This document shows positions 55,957 through 64,000 of a DNA stretch of 64,000 bases, piece after piece. Position 1 is the stretch's first letter. Each line of letters opens with the position of its first letter. Source of the stretch: Pseudomonadota bacterium (GTDB lineage Bacteria > Desulfobacterota > Desulfobacteria > Desulfobacterales > JBDRRP01); assembly GCA_043825735.1 (NCBI GenBank), contig JBDRRP010000071.1, positions 1 to 64,000 of the forward strand, written 5' to 3'. The notes beneath the pieces are model-generated. The model ran no database searches and was not told the DNA's origin. It saw nothing but the letters and a program-made list of their open reading frames with translations. Position numbers and translations under genes: made by a program.

Positions 55957-57636
55957 ATGGGCATTAAAAAAAATATAAGGAGAATTCCGGGCGCTATTCG
56001 AGCTCTCCGGTTTTTGCGTTCTCCGAAATCCGAGATCCGGTGTATCATCAGCTGCTTCCAGTTCTTCTTAAAATACAGACACCTGGGGCGGTCAGAACAA
56101 CCAGGACTCAGAGGCAATCTGCTGGTGATCAGTATGATGGGTGATTTAATCGAGGGCAGCAAATTTGAGAGCTTGTTCGTCAAGTCAATTCAAGCAAAAG
56201 GGTATCAACCGATTATCGTCAACGCTCGGGGCTCTTTCGCAAATTTTATATACAGAGTTATAGGCGTCTCGAGATGCCTTTTTTATGAAGATTTCATTGA
56301 TAAAGCTCGACAGCAGAACCAAACTGAAACCATTGCCTGCGAGTTGTTTGAGAACTGCGTTGATCTGCAAAGTCTGTTAGCCATTCATTACAGAGGTGTG
56401 AATGTCGGAAAATATGCATGCTCCACTGTATTGCGGCAAACTCACAGCGGTGAAGTAGACTTCTCGTCACGGGACTTTTTAAAGATCGTAAAACAGTATG
56501 TGCAGGCCGCCATTGAAAATGTCCTGGCCGCTGAACTGATTTATGAACTGGTAAATCCGGCGAAAACTCTTTTTCTGGAAAGGGGCTATTCGCCCTACGG
56601 CGAATTTTTCGATATATCCGTTAACCGCGGTATCGATACGATCCAGTGGATCGGCTGCCATACGCCAAAGGCAGTCATCTTGAAGCGCTACAATCGTAAC
56701 AACACCGGCTTTCACCCGTCATCCCTGTCAAACAAAAGCTGGGATTGCATAAAAGACCTTCCTTGGAATGAATCCCTGGGTAATGCGGTAAAAAACGAAT
56801 TATACAACACATATGCCTCAGGAGAGTGGTTCAACGAAGTCGGCACCCAGTTCAACACCCGGATGACTGATCGCCAGTCACTCTACCGGCAGTTGGAGTT
56901 AGACCCCGGTAAGAAGGTCGGCATCATATTTTCGCATATTCTCTGGGATGCCACTTTCTTCTATGGCGAAGACCTGTTTGCGGATTACAAGGATTGGCTC
57001 ATCGAAACCGTCAAAGCGGCTATGGCGAATACCCACATGAACTGGGTCATTAAAATTCACCCAGCAAATGTAATTAAAAAATACCGTGAAAACTACCGGG
57101 GGCAGTGGGCAGAGTTCGAGGCGGTTGAGTCGGCCCTTGGCAAACTGCCAGAACATATCAAGTGGCTGCTGCCGGACACTTCCATCAGTACCTATTCCCT
57201 GTTCGAATTTATGGACTACTGCATTACCGTAAGAGGCACCATAGGGCTGGAAGCTGCCTTATTCGGAGTGCCGGTGTTGACGGCCGGTACCGGGCGGTAC
57301 GACAACCACGGCTTCACGATCGATTCCACAAGCCGAGAGTCTTATCTGGGAAAAATAGCGAATCTGCATGAGATTCCGCCGCTTACTGAAAAACAGAAAC
57401 AGCTCGCGCAAAAGTTCGCCCATGGCATATTTTGCCTGCGCCCCTTTCCACTGCGGAGCATAACCGTCAATTATGCAAAGGATAGCACCGCCACCATGAA
57501 AGTGACCTACAATGTCAGAAACATGGGTGAATGGGCCGCCTCAACGGACTTTAACTATTTCGGCGACTGGGTCGTCAATTCACAGGATGAAGACTTTTTG
57601 AGTCCTGACCTTCTGAAAGCGGTTTGCCAAAACTGA
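55957..57636 (+). CDS. Capsule-synthesis (KpsS-like) GT-B protein, candidate ulosonate transferase
   Basis: WVIKIHP, ITVRGTIGLEAALFGVPVLTAG...Y. Directly follows neuA. Confidence 0.65.
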   Translation: MGIKKNIRRIPGAIRALRFLRSPKSEIRCIISCFQFFLKYRHLGRSEQPGLRGNLLVISMMGDLIEGSKFESLFVKSIQAKGYQPIIVNARGSFANFIYRVIGVSRCLFYEDFIDKARQQNQTETIACELFENCVDLQSLLAIHYRGVNVGKYACSTVLRQTHSGEVDFSSRDFLKIVKQYVQAAIENVLAAELIYELVNPAKTLFLERGYSPYGEFFDISVNRGIDTIQWIGCHTPKAVILKRYNRNNTGFHPSSLSNKSWDCIKDLPWNESLGNAVKNELYNTYASGEWFNEVGTQFNTRMTDRQSLYRQLELDPGKKVGIIFSHILWDATFFYGEDLFADYKDWLIETVKAAMANTHMNWVIKIHPANVIKKYRENYRGQWAEFEAVESALGKLPEHIKWLLPDTSISTYSLFEFMDYCITVRGTIGLEAALFGVPVLTAGTGRYDNHGFTIDSTSRESYLGKIANLHEIPPLTEKQKQLAQKFAHGIFCLRPFPLRSITVNYAKDSTATMKVTYNVRNMGEWAASTDFNYFGDWVVNSQDEDFLSPDLLKAVCQN

Positions 57637-57679
57637 ATCTGCCCGCACAGGGCCGTTCAAAGTGAATGGATGTGAACGG

Positions 57680-58627
57680 ATGACGATGACTGTCGGTCTT
57701 CTGGGGTGTTACGGATTCCTCGGATCCCACATTCTCAAAGCGCTGTGTGATGCAAACATCGCCGTTACCGGAATCGACAGATACAATTCGGTTCCCGCCT
57801 GGCGAAAGGCTATCGTGCCTCCTGGATTCAAGGCCACCCCCGGAGATTTGATGGATGAACAGACCCATGCAGAGACTCTGGGGACGGTGGACGCGATCGT
57901 TTTCGCGGCCGGCAACCCGGTACCGACATCGACGTCCTTTGATCTGCTTTTTGGCGAAGAGCTTCGCATCGTCGTCAATCTGCTGGCGTTTCTGGCCAGG
58001 GAAAACCCCGGCGCCAAGCTGGTATTTATATCCTCCGGAGGAACCGTCTACGGTGATAGACCGATAGGGGCGCTCTGCCGTGAGGATGAGCCCCTATCGC
58101 CCGTATCCCTTTATGGCGTCATGAAGGCCGCGTGCGAAAACGCCATTCGGGTCTACGCCCGTCGATACGGGCTGAACGCAACCATCCTAAGGGCAGCCAA
58201 CCCATACGGGCCGGGGCAGAACCCCAAAGCCGCTCAAGGCCTGGTTCCGGTGGTTCTCTACAAGCTGATCAGCGGCGAGAAAATCGATATCTGGGGGGAT
58301 GGGCACGTCTACCGGGATTACTTCTACGTTGAGGAACTGGGCCGTCTCGTTGCGATGATCGTACAGGGTGGATTTTCAGGCGGCACCTTCAATGCCGGTT
58401 CCGGCCGCGGTGTGTCGGTCATGGAAATCGTGGAACTGGCAGCAGCGGTGACCGGCCGTGTGTCGGATATCCGATTTCACCCCCCCCGTCCCCAGGATCT
58501 TCACTGGAACGCCCTATCGACGGAAAAGACGCGGCAGCAGTTCGGGTGGGAGCCCCGGGTGCCGCTCGAGGAAGGCCTCGCCGAAACCGCCCGCTGGATC
58601 CGGGCCTGCCTGGAGGGGCTGAAATAA
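57680..58627 (+). CDS. NAD-dependent epimerase/dehydratase
   Basis: GCYGFLG, SSGGTVYG, YGVMK, NPYGPGQ, WGDG..RDY. Confidence 0.9.
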   Translation: MTMTVGLLGCYGFLGSHILKALCDANIAVTGIDRYNSVPAWRKAIVPPGFKATPGDLMDEQTHAETLGTVDAIVFAAGNPVPTSTSFDLLFGEELRIVVNLLAFLARENPGAKLVFISSGGTVYGDRPIGALCREDEPLSPVSLYGVMKAACENAIRVYARRYGLNATILRAANPYGPGQNPKAAQGLVPVVLYKLISGEKIDIWGDGHVYRDYFYVEELGRLVAMIVQGGFSGGTFNAGSGRGVSVMEIVELAAAVTGRVSDIRFHPPRPQDLHWNALSTEKTRQQFGWEPRVPLEEGLAETARWIRACLEGLK

Positions 58628-58631
58628 CCCG

Positions 58632-59681
58632 GTGAAGATCTGTTACACAACCATCTGCGATGTCAACTATATAGCCCCGGCGCTGGCATTGTACGCTTCC
58701 TTGCGGGATGTCAGCGACCATGCCTTCCGGTTTTACACCCTGGATGACGACGCTGCCGTCCATCTGTCCGGGCTGAAATTGCCCGGCGCAGGGGTGTTCG
58801 CACCGGGCGACTATATTCCCGAACCGGTGGCGGCTCTGAGGTCGACCCGGTCAGAAGGGGCGTTTGCGTTTACGGTCAAGCCTGTGGCGCTGTTGCACGC
58901 CATGCAGGCCGGCCCCGAATTTGAGTGGGTGGGGCATCTGGACGTGGATATGTGGGCGTTTGCCGATCCCGGCAAAATTCTTACATCACTGGATGACCTC
59001 AAGACCGTCTCCCTGACGCCGCATAGGTTTACAGCGTCTTTCCGGAAGTATGAATCCACCGCCGGTCGTTTCAACGCCGGTTATGCCGCATTTCGGAGCA
59101 CCGATTCCGGGAAGGCGATACTCCAACACTGGCGGGCGCTGTGCATCGAGTGGTGCCATGACTATGTGGCCGGCGAGCGTTACGGCGATCAAAAATATCT
59201 CGAAGTGCTGGCCGATACTTACAGCGCCGTCGATGTCTGCCGTCACAAAGGGGCGAACACCGCTCCATGGAATGTTTCACCGGAGATGCTGTCGACGCGT
59301 GGCGGCGCCATTTACATCGACGACGATCCGCTGCTTTTTTATCATTTTCAGGGGCTTAAACTTTACGGCCCGCGCTTGGCCACCCTTTATGCCGGCAGCG
59401 AACTGATGGTCGATGGACGGCTGCGGGAACTGGTTTACCTGCCGTACGTGAACGCGCTGTTTGCAGCCAACCGGCAGCTTGAACTGGAGACGGCGTGGGT
59501 GCCCCGCTATGTTCGGAGAGCCCCCAAGACCAAGCTCAAGGCGCTGGTTAACCGGATGCTGGGAAAGCCGCACAATTTTTACCGGCACCACACCGACAGC
59601 CGATGCGGGGTGCTGCCCGACGGTGGCGGAAACACGCTCCCAATGGTTGAAAAAACCCGGAGATCTGATGCCCAGCCATGA
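58632..59681 (+). CDS. Putative glycosyltransferase (GT-A, DxD)
   Basis: YTTICDVNY, HLDVD, LTPH, FNAG, DQKYL, APWN, FYHF. Confidence 0.75.
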   Translation: MKICYTTICDVNYIAPALALYASLRDVSDHAFRFYTLDDDAAVHLSGLKLPGAGVFAPGDYIPEPVAALRSTRSEGAFAFTVKPVALLHAMQAGPEFEWVGHLDVDMWAFADPGKILTSLDDLKTVSLTPHRFTASFRKYESTAGRFNAGYAAFRSTDSGKAILQHWRALCIEWCHDYVAGERYGDQKYLEVLADTYSAVDVCRHKGANTAPWNVSPEMLSTRGGAIYIDDDPLLFYHFQGLKLYGPRLATLYAGSELMVDGRLRELVYLPYVNALFAANRQLELETAWVPRYVRRAPKTKLKALVNRMLGKPHNFYRHHTDSRCGVLPDGGGNTLPMVEKTRRSDAQP

Positions 59682-60651
59682 AAACGCCACACGTGCCTGC
59701 CCGCTGTGCGCGAGCCGGAAAATCGCCGACATGGAGCGCATTGACGCCATGGCCCTCGGCAGGATGTATGCCGATTTTCTGGGAAAGTCTGTCGGGCATC
59801 TTTTTGAGGGCAGCCCGGTGCTCATCAAGAAACGGTGTGAACGATGCCATCTCGTATTTTTTGATCCGCCGGCCTCCGGCGATGCGGCCTTTTATGAGCG
59901 GCTTTCCGAGAAGAAATTCTATTACCCAACACAAAAAGACGAGTATGAATACTCCCTGCGCCATATCCAAAATGCTGAGAAGGTCCTGGATATCGGGTGC
60001 GGTGCGGGTGAGTTCGCGTCAATGGTCAAAAACTACACCGGCATCGATATCAATGCCGGCGCTGTTAGCAAGGCGCGCGAAAAAGGGCTGCGGGTTTTTT
60101 GGGAAACCCTCGAAGAACACATTGCAACGCATCCGGCCGCATACGACGTCATCTGCGCGTTTCAGGTCCTCGAACACATCATCGATCCCCGGGCGTTTAT
60201 CGGGGAGATGATCAAGGGCCTCAGCGAGGGGGGGCGGATCGTCCTGTCCGTTCCGAGCGCGGAGTCGTTCATCGCGCTGGCCCAAAACCATCTCTTGAAT
60301 CTGCCGCCGCACCACCTGACCTGGTGGCCTGACCATACCTTAAAAAGCGTAGCGCAACGATTTCCCCTCGAACTGATCGACATCTATCACGAGCCGGTCC
60401 AGGACATCCACCTGGATGCTTATGTCATCACGCTCTACACACAGATCCTGAACACCCTGCTGCCTTTCAGGCACTACACCCTGCGGGAGCGGCCGGGGGT
60501 CGCCGAGCGTATCCGAAACCGGGCGGCGGTCATGCTCTGCAATAAGACCATCGGCGTATTCAAAAGCCTCCGGTTCCGCCCTATCGGACATACGGTCACC
60601 GCCGTCTTTCGCCTGAAAACGCGGCCGACATCAAAGAGCGCTGAGCGGTGA
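59668..60651 (+). CDS. Class I SAM methyltransferase with N-terminal Cys pairs
   Basis: CPLC, CERC, LDIGCGAG, FQVLEH, PPHHLTWW. ATG follows GGAG. Confidence 0.88.
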   Translation: MPSHENATRACPLCASRKIADMERIDAMALGRMYADFLGKSVGHLFEGSPVLIKKRCERCHLVFFDPPASGDAAFYERLSEKKFYYPTQKDEYEYSLRHIQNAEKVLDIGCGAGEFASMVKNYTGIDINAGAVSKAREKGLRVFWETLEEHIATHPAAYDVICAFQVLEHIIDPRAFIGEMIKGLSEGGRIVLSVPSAESFIALAQNHLLNLPPHHLTWWPDHTLKSVAQRFPLELIDIYHEPVQDIHLDAYVITLYTQILNTLLPFRHYTLRERPGVAERIRNRAAVMLCNKTIGVFKSLRFRPIGHTVTAVFRLKTRPTSKSAER

Positions 60652-61985
60652 AACCGGCAGATTTTCCACGAGTGCTGTTCATCACGCCCTGCGCGTTTAA
60701 CAGGCTGACCGGTGGCGGCATCACTTTTACCAGTCTTTTCAGGGGGTGGCCTGAAGGTAAAATTGCCACCATTACCGGCGACAGGGTTCCTGTAACCCGG
60801 GATGTGTGCAGGCATTACTATTTCCTGACCGGGAAGGAGTTAAAAAAGATTCGTCCCTTCTCATGGGTGTGGCAAGGATCGACCAGCCATACGCCTTTAG
60901 GCATGGAAAGCGCGGTAGCGGACGGTCCGGCGGCCCACCGCGCCGCGCTATACCGGTTTGCTAAAACCTTGCTGGGCGAGGCCGGGATACCGGACCGGGG
61001 CGATTTGAGTCAAGATCTCAAGAAATGGGTCGATGCCTTCAGGCCGGAATTGATCTACACCATCCTGGGCACACCCGGGTATGCCGATCTCGTGACGAAG
61101 ATCAGCCGGCGCAATCACTTGCCAGTGGTCGTGCATCTGATGGACGACGGGGAGACCGACCCGGTCCGAAGCGGTCTTCTGGGCCCCCATCTGCGCGGTT
61201 TATACCGCCGAAAACTGCGGGCGACCTTCCGTGAAACCCGGCAGGCCATCGCCATATGCGAACAGATGGCGGATGCCTACAGGCGAAGATACGGGATTCC
61301 ATTCATTCATTTTCAGAATGCCGTCGATCTCCAAAGATGGAAACCTGCCGAAGAAAAACACGTTGACATTGAAAGCTCTCCACGGATTGTCTACATCGGT
61401 TCTGTTTTGAAATCCGCCCAGGCGGACAGCCTGCTGGATTGTTGCGCCGCTGTAAGGCTATTGAACGAGCAGGGATTCAAAATCAGTTTCGATATCTTTT
61501 CGCAGCTCGCGATGATGCAGCGAAAGCCAGAAGATTACCGTCTTCACGAAAATATTCGGATCCAAAACGCCCCCGAGGATGATCACGCATTTTTCGATAT
61601 CCTCAAGAAAGCGGATCTGCTGTTATTGCCGGTCAACTTCGACAAAGCATCTTTTCGCTATATCCGATATTCAATGCCCACCAAGATACCCTCGTATCTG
61701 GTCAGCGGCACCCCGGTTCTGGTTTACGGCCCCGGCGGCGTCGCCCAGGTTGAATATGCCCGCGATGAAGGATGGGGACACGTGGTCGACAAGGCGGATG
61801 TGCCGCTGCTTGCCGGCACCATCCGTGAACTGATGGCAACGCCGCAAAAACGGGAAGCACTCTCAACAAGAGCCTTGGAAATCGTTGCTAAAAACCATGA
61901 TATCCAGATCGTCAGGACGGGATTCCAGAGCGCCCTTGCGAAGGTCGTCAAAAAAGAGGCCCCGTCAATCCATATGCAGCAGTAA
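60648..61985 (+). CDS. Glycosyltransferase (GT-B, GT4-like)
   Basis: GGGIT, VHLMDD, IVYIGS, ADLLLLP, SMPTKIPSYL.SG.P. Confidence 0.82.
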   Translation: MKPADFPRVLFITPCAFNRLTGGGITFTSLFRGWPEGKIATITGDRVPVTRDVCRHYYFLTGKELKKIRPFSWVWQGSTSHTPLGMESAVADGPAAHRAALYRFAKTLLGEAGIPDRGDLSQDLKKWVDAFRPELIYTILGTPGYADLVTKISRRNHLPVVVHLMDDGETDPVRSGLLGPHLRGLYRRKLRATFRETRQAIAICEQMADAYRRRYGIPFIHFQNAVDLQRWKPAEEKHVDIESSPRIVYIGSVLKSAQADSLLDCCAAVRLLNEQGFKISFDIFSQLAMMQRKPEDYRLHENIRIQNAPEDDHAFFDILKKADLLLLPVNFDKASFRYIRYSMPTKIPSYLVSGTPVLVYGPGGVAQVEYARDEGWGHVVDKADVPLLAGTIRELMATPQKREALSTRALEIVAKNHDIQIVRTGFQSALAKVVKKEAPSIHMQQ

Positions 61986-62012
61986 TTAAGGCGGCAAGAA
62001 TAGGTCATTGCC

Positions 62013-62819
62013 ATGAATAGTGAACAGAGGCTGTCAGCCGGCATTCGGGCAGCGGAAATGGAACGTGCGGAAAGTGCCTTCCCCAGCCAGTGGTATGAAC
62101 TGGGCGGTGAGACGCATTTCTGGTTCCAGTGGCGGCTGGCCGTTTTCCTGAATCAACTGGCCTGCCTGCCGGTTTCTGTCGACCGGCCCTTGCGGTGTTT
62201 AGACATCGGCTGTGGCCACGGTATTCTGCGCCGACAGTTGGAACGGCACACCGCCTGGCAAATAGACGGAACAGATCTGAATGCAGACATACTGCAATAC
62301 CAGAGCGGCTTCCGCGGCGACACTTTGCTCTATGACATCTTGGAAAAACGCCCGGATCTTTGCGAAGCTTACGACGGCTTGTTTCTGTTCGATGTCATCG
62401 AGCACATCGCGGACACGTCAACCTTTCTGGATGCCGCCCTGTACCATTTGAAGCCAAAGGGATGGCTTTTCATAAATGTGCCGGCAATAGAACCACTGTA
62501 CAGTGTATATGACGCGGTGGCGGGGCATATCCGCCGCTATGATAAGGATTTGCTTTTAAGAACGGTTGCGGATCAACCCGCTGAGGTAAAGGACATGCGT
62601 TACTGGGGGTTGAGCATGGTGCCGATTTTGATTGCGAGAAAATTGGTGTTGCAAGTGAAAAAAATGGATGCGGCGGCCACGCTCCAGACGGGGTTTCAGC
62701 CCAAGTTCGCGTTTATCAATAATCTGTTCAGGATCATGATGCGGATTGAAACAACCATTCTGACAAATCCGTTTGTCGGGACATCCCTGATTGCCGCCGT
62801 TCAGAAATCGGATCATTAG
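62013..62819 (+). CDS. Class I SAM methyltransferase
   Basis: HFWF..R, LDIGCGHG, FDVIEHI, NVPA, GHIRRY. Confidence 0.88.
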   Translation: MNSEQRLSAGIRAAEMERAESAFPSQWYELGGETHFWFQWRLAVFLNQLACLPVSVDRPLRCLDIGCGHGILRRQLERHTAWQIDGTDLNADILQYQSGFRGDTLLYDILEKRPDLCEAYDGLFLFDVIEHIADTSTFLDAALYHLKPKGWLFINVPAIEPLYSVYDAVAGHIRRYDKDLLLRTVADQPAEVKDMRYWGLSMVPILIARKLVLQVKKMDAAATLQTGFQPKFAFINNLFRIMMRIETTILTNPFVGTSLIAAVQKSDH

Positions 62820-63451
62820 TGGCTGCGATGATACAGAACTACCTGCTCAGAAAACCCAAATTCTATGAATGCATGCATGCGGTTTTCTCGGACGTGAAAA
62901 ATGAATACCTTCTGCGGCACCTATCCGGCTATAGGGTGGCAGAAAAGATCCGGGTAATCGATCTGGGATGCGGGCCAGGCACAAACGCTCACCTGTTTAT
63001 CGATCCGGGAAGATATGAATATCTGGGGATTGACAACAACCCGGGCTATATCAAGCAGGCACGGAAGAAATTCCCCCTTGAATTCCGGTGTGCGGATATC
63101 GTTGACGCACTCGAAGACCCCGCGCGTTACGATATCGTGCTGATCAACAGCGTTATTCACCATATCGATGAATCGACGGCGCGCCTGGTTTTTCAGGCGG
63201 CCGCCGGTCTCCTGACGCCGGAGGGTGAATGCCTGGTGCTGGATATGGTACACCCGGATGTTCGCAAACCGGCGAACCTGCTTCAGCGCGCGCTGATCAG
63301 TTTGGATCGGGGCACGTACTGCCGCAGTTTCGGTCAGCTCCAAAAGGAAATCGGTTCATTTTTTAACATCCAGAAAGTTTACGACTTCTCAATCAGCCCG
63401 GGAGCCCTTTTGCTGTGGGACCTGCGCCTGCTCGTTTGCCGCCCGAGGTAA
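62819..63451 (+). CDS. Class I SAM methyltransferase
   Basis: IDLGCGPG, YLGID, SVIHH, DRG. Confidence 0.85.
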   Translation: MAAMIQNYLLRKPKFYECMHAVFSDVKNEYLLRHLSGYRVAEKIRVIDLGCGPGTNAHLFIDPGRYEYLGIDNNPGYIKQARKKFPLEFRCADIVDALEDPARYDIVLINSVIHHIDESTARLVFQAAAGLLTPEGECLVLDMVHPDVRKPANLLQRALISLDRGTYCRSFGQLQKEIGSFFNIQKVYDFSISPGALLLWDLRLLVCRPR

Positions 63452-63481
63452 TTGCCGCAATTGAAAACTCAGGAGACCCAA

Positions 63482-64000
63482 ATGAGGACCGTGGCGGCAT
63501 CCGGCACCAGATTGAAAATATGGGTTGTGCCGCTATTTGTCGTGGCCCTGACCGCGTGCATCACATCGAGTCTTTTCAAGTCATACCTGATTTCCAGAGT
63601 CGCCGACGGCAACGTGATTTCGGCCCTTGAAAAACAAACCGACAGGGCGACCGTCGGCTGGGACGAATTTTGCTACATCCCGCGTATGAACGCGGTCGCC
63701 AACGGGCAGCCGTTTTCCGATCCGTGGAACAGCCATAATCCCGCGTATCGCGGGTGGGGGACGTTTGGGCTGCTGCCAGCGTTGGTGGGGGGTGCATGCG
63801 TCTATCTTTTTGGCGCTTTCTTTCTGTCGATGACTGTGTGGGGCCTTGTCAATTTCCCTCTGATCATTCTGCTTTCCTACTTCATATTCAGGTCTGCGCC
63901 GATATCCTGCTCACCGGCAGCGTCGATTGTGGGGACTTTTCTGCTGATGAGCCAGCTGTGGTTTGCCTCACAGCCATTGTCCTGGTTCTGGAATGTGTCT
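63482..64000 (+). CDS. Polytopic membrane protein, GT-C-like, 3' end beyond window
   Basis: Read manually. AGGAGA RBS, ATG at 63482, open to the window end: MRTVAASGTRLKIWVVPLFVVAL...GWDEFCYIPR...further hydrophobic helices. Absent from the ORF track because no stop codon is reached. Confidence 0.7.
   Translation, partial: MRTVAASGTRLKIWVVPLFVVALTACITSSLFKSYLISRVADGNVISALEKQTDRATVGWDEFCYIPRMNAVANGQPFSDPWNSHNPAYRGWGTFGLLPALVGGACVYLFGAFFLSMTVWGLVNFPLIILLSYFIFRSAPISCSPAASIVGTFLLMSQLWFASQPLSWFWNVS

Noticed and set aside
59461..59667. Long N-terminal extensions given by the ORF track (also 20856, 22788, 24479, 29259, 36929, 45899)
   Set aside because: They overlap upstream genes or repeats; downstream starts fit domain boundaries and, in most cases, RBS positions better.

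Overview
Bacterial chromosomal window, most consistent with a sulfate-reducing deltaproteobacterium of Desulfobacterales type (inferred from gene content and intergenic repeat style). Positions 1 to about 25,600 are mostly GC-rich housekeeping or conserved genes: kdsB, guaA, a TrpF-like paralog, efp, a CNNM/CBS transporter, a MrfA-like helicase fused to an exonuclease, the DUF2339/DUF3999 pair, a rhomboid interrupted by an in-frame TGA, an ARMT1-like protein, a Na/Pi cotransporter, manA and comEA. Their intergenic spaces are dense with MITE/REP-like elements built from terminal inverted repeats and 6-10 nt tandem units. From about 25,700 to the window end lies a single co-directional surface-glycan gene cluster of about 38 kb and about 37 genes. 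It is headed by a tandem palindromic operator, cysC and an EPS-type MarR regulator. It encodes CDP-sugar and nonulosonic-acid pathways, a sulfotransferase, about nine SAM methyltransferases, two radical SAM enzymes (one a TRAM-less methylthiotransferase homolog), an ABC flippase and a GT-C-like membrane protein that runs off the end. No rRNA, tRNA, CRISPR array or intact transposase was recognised. All calls come from motif recognition by eye; no database search was run.
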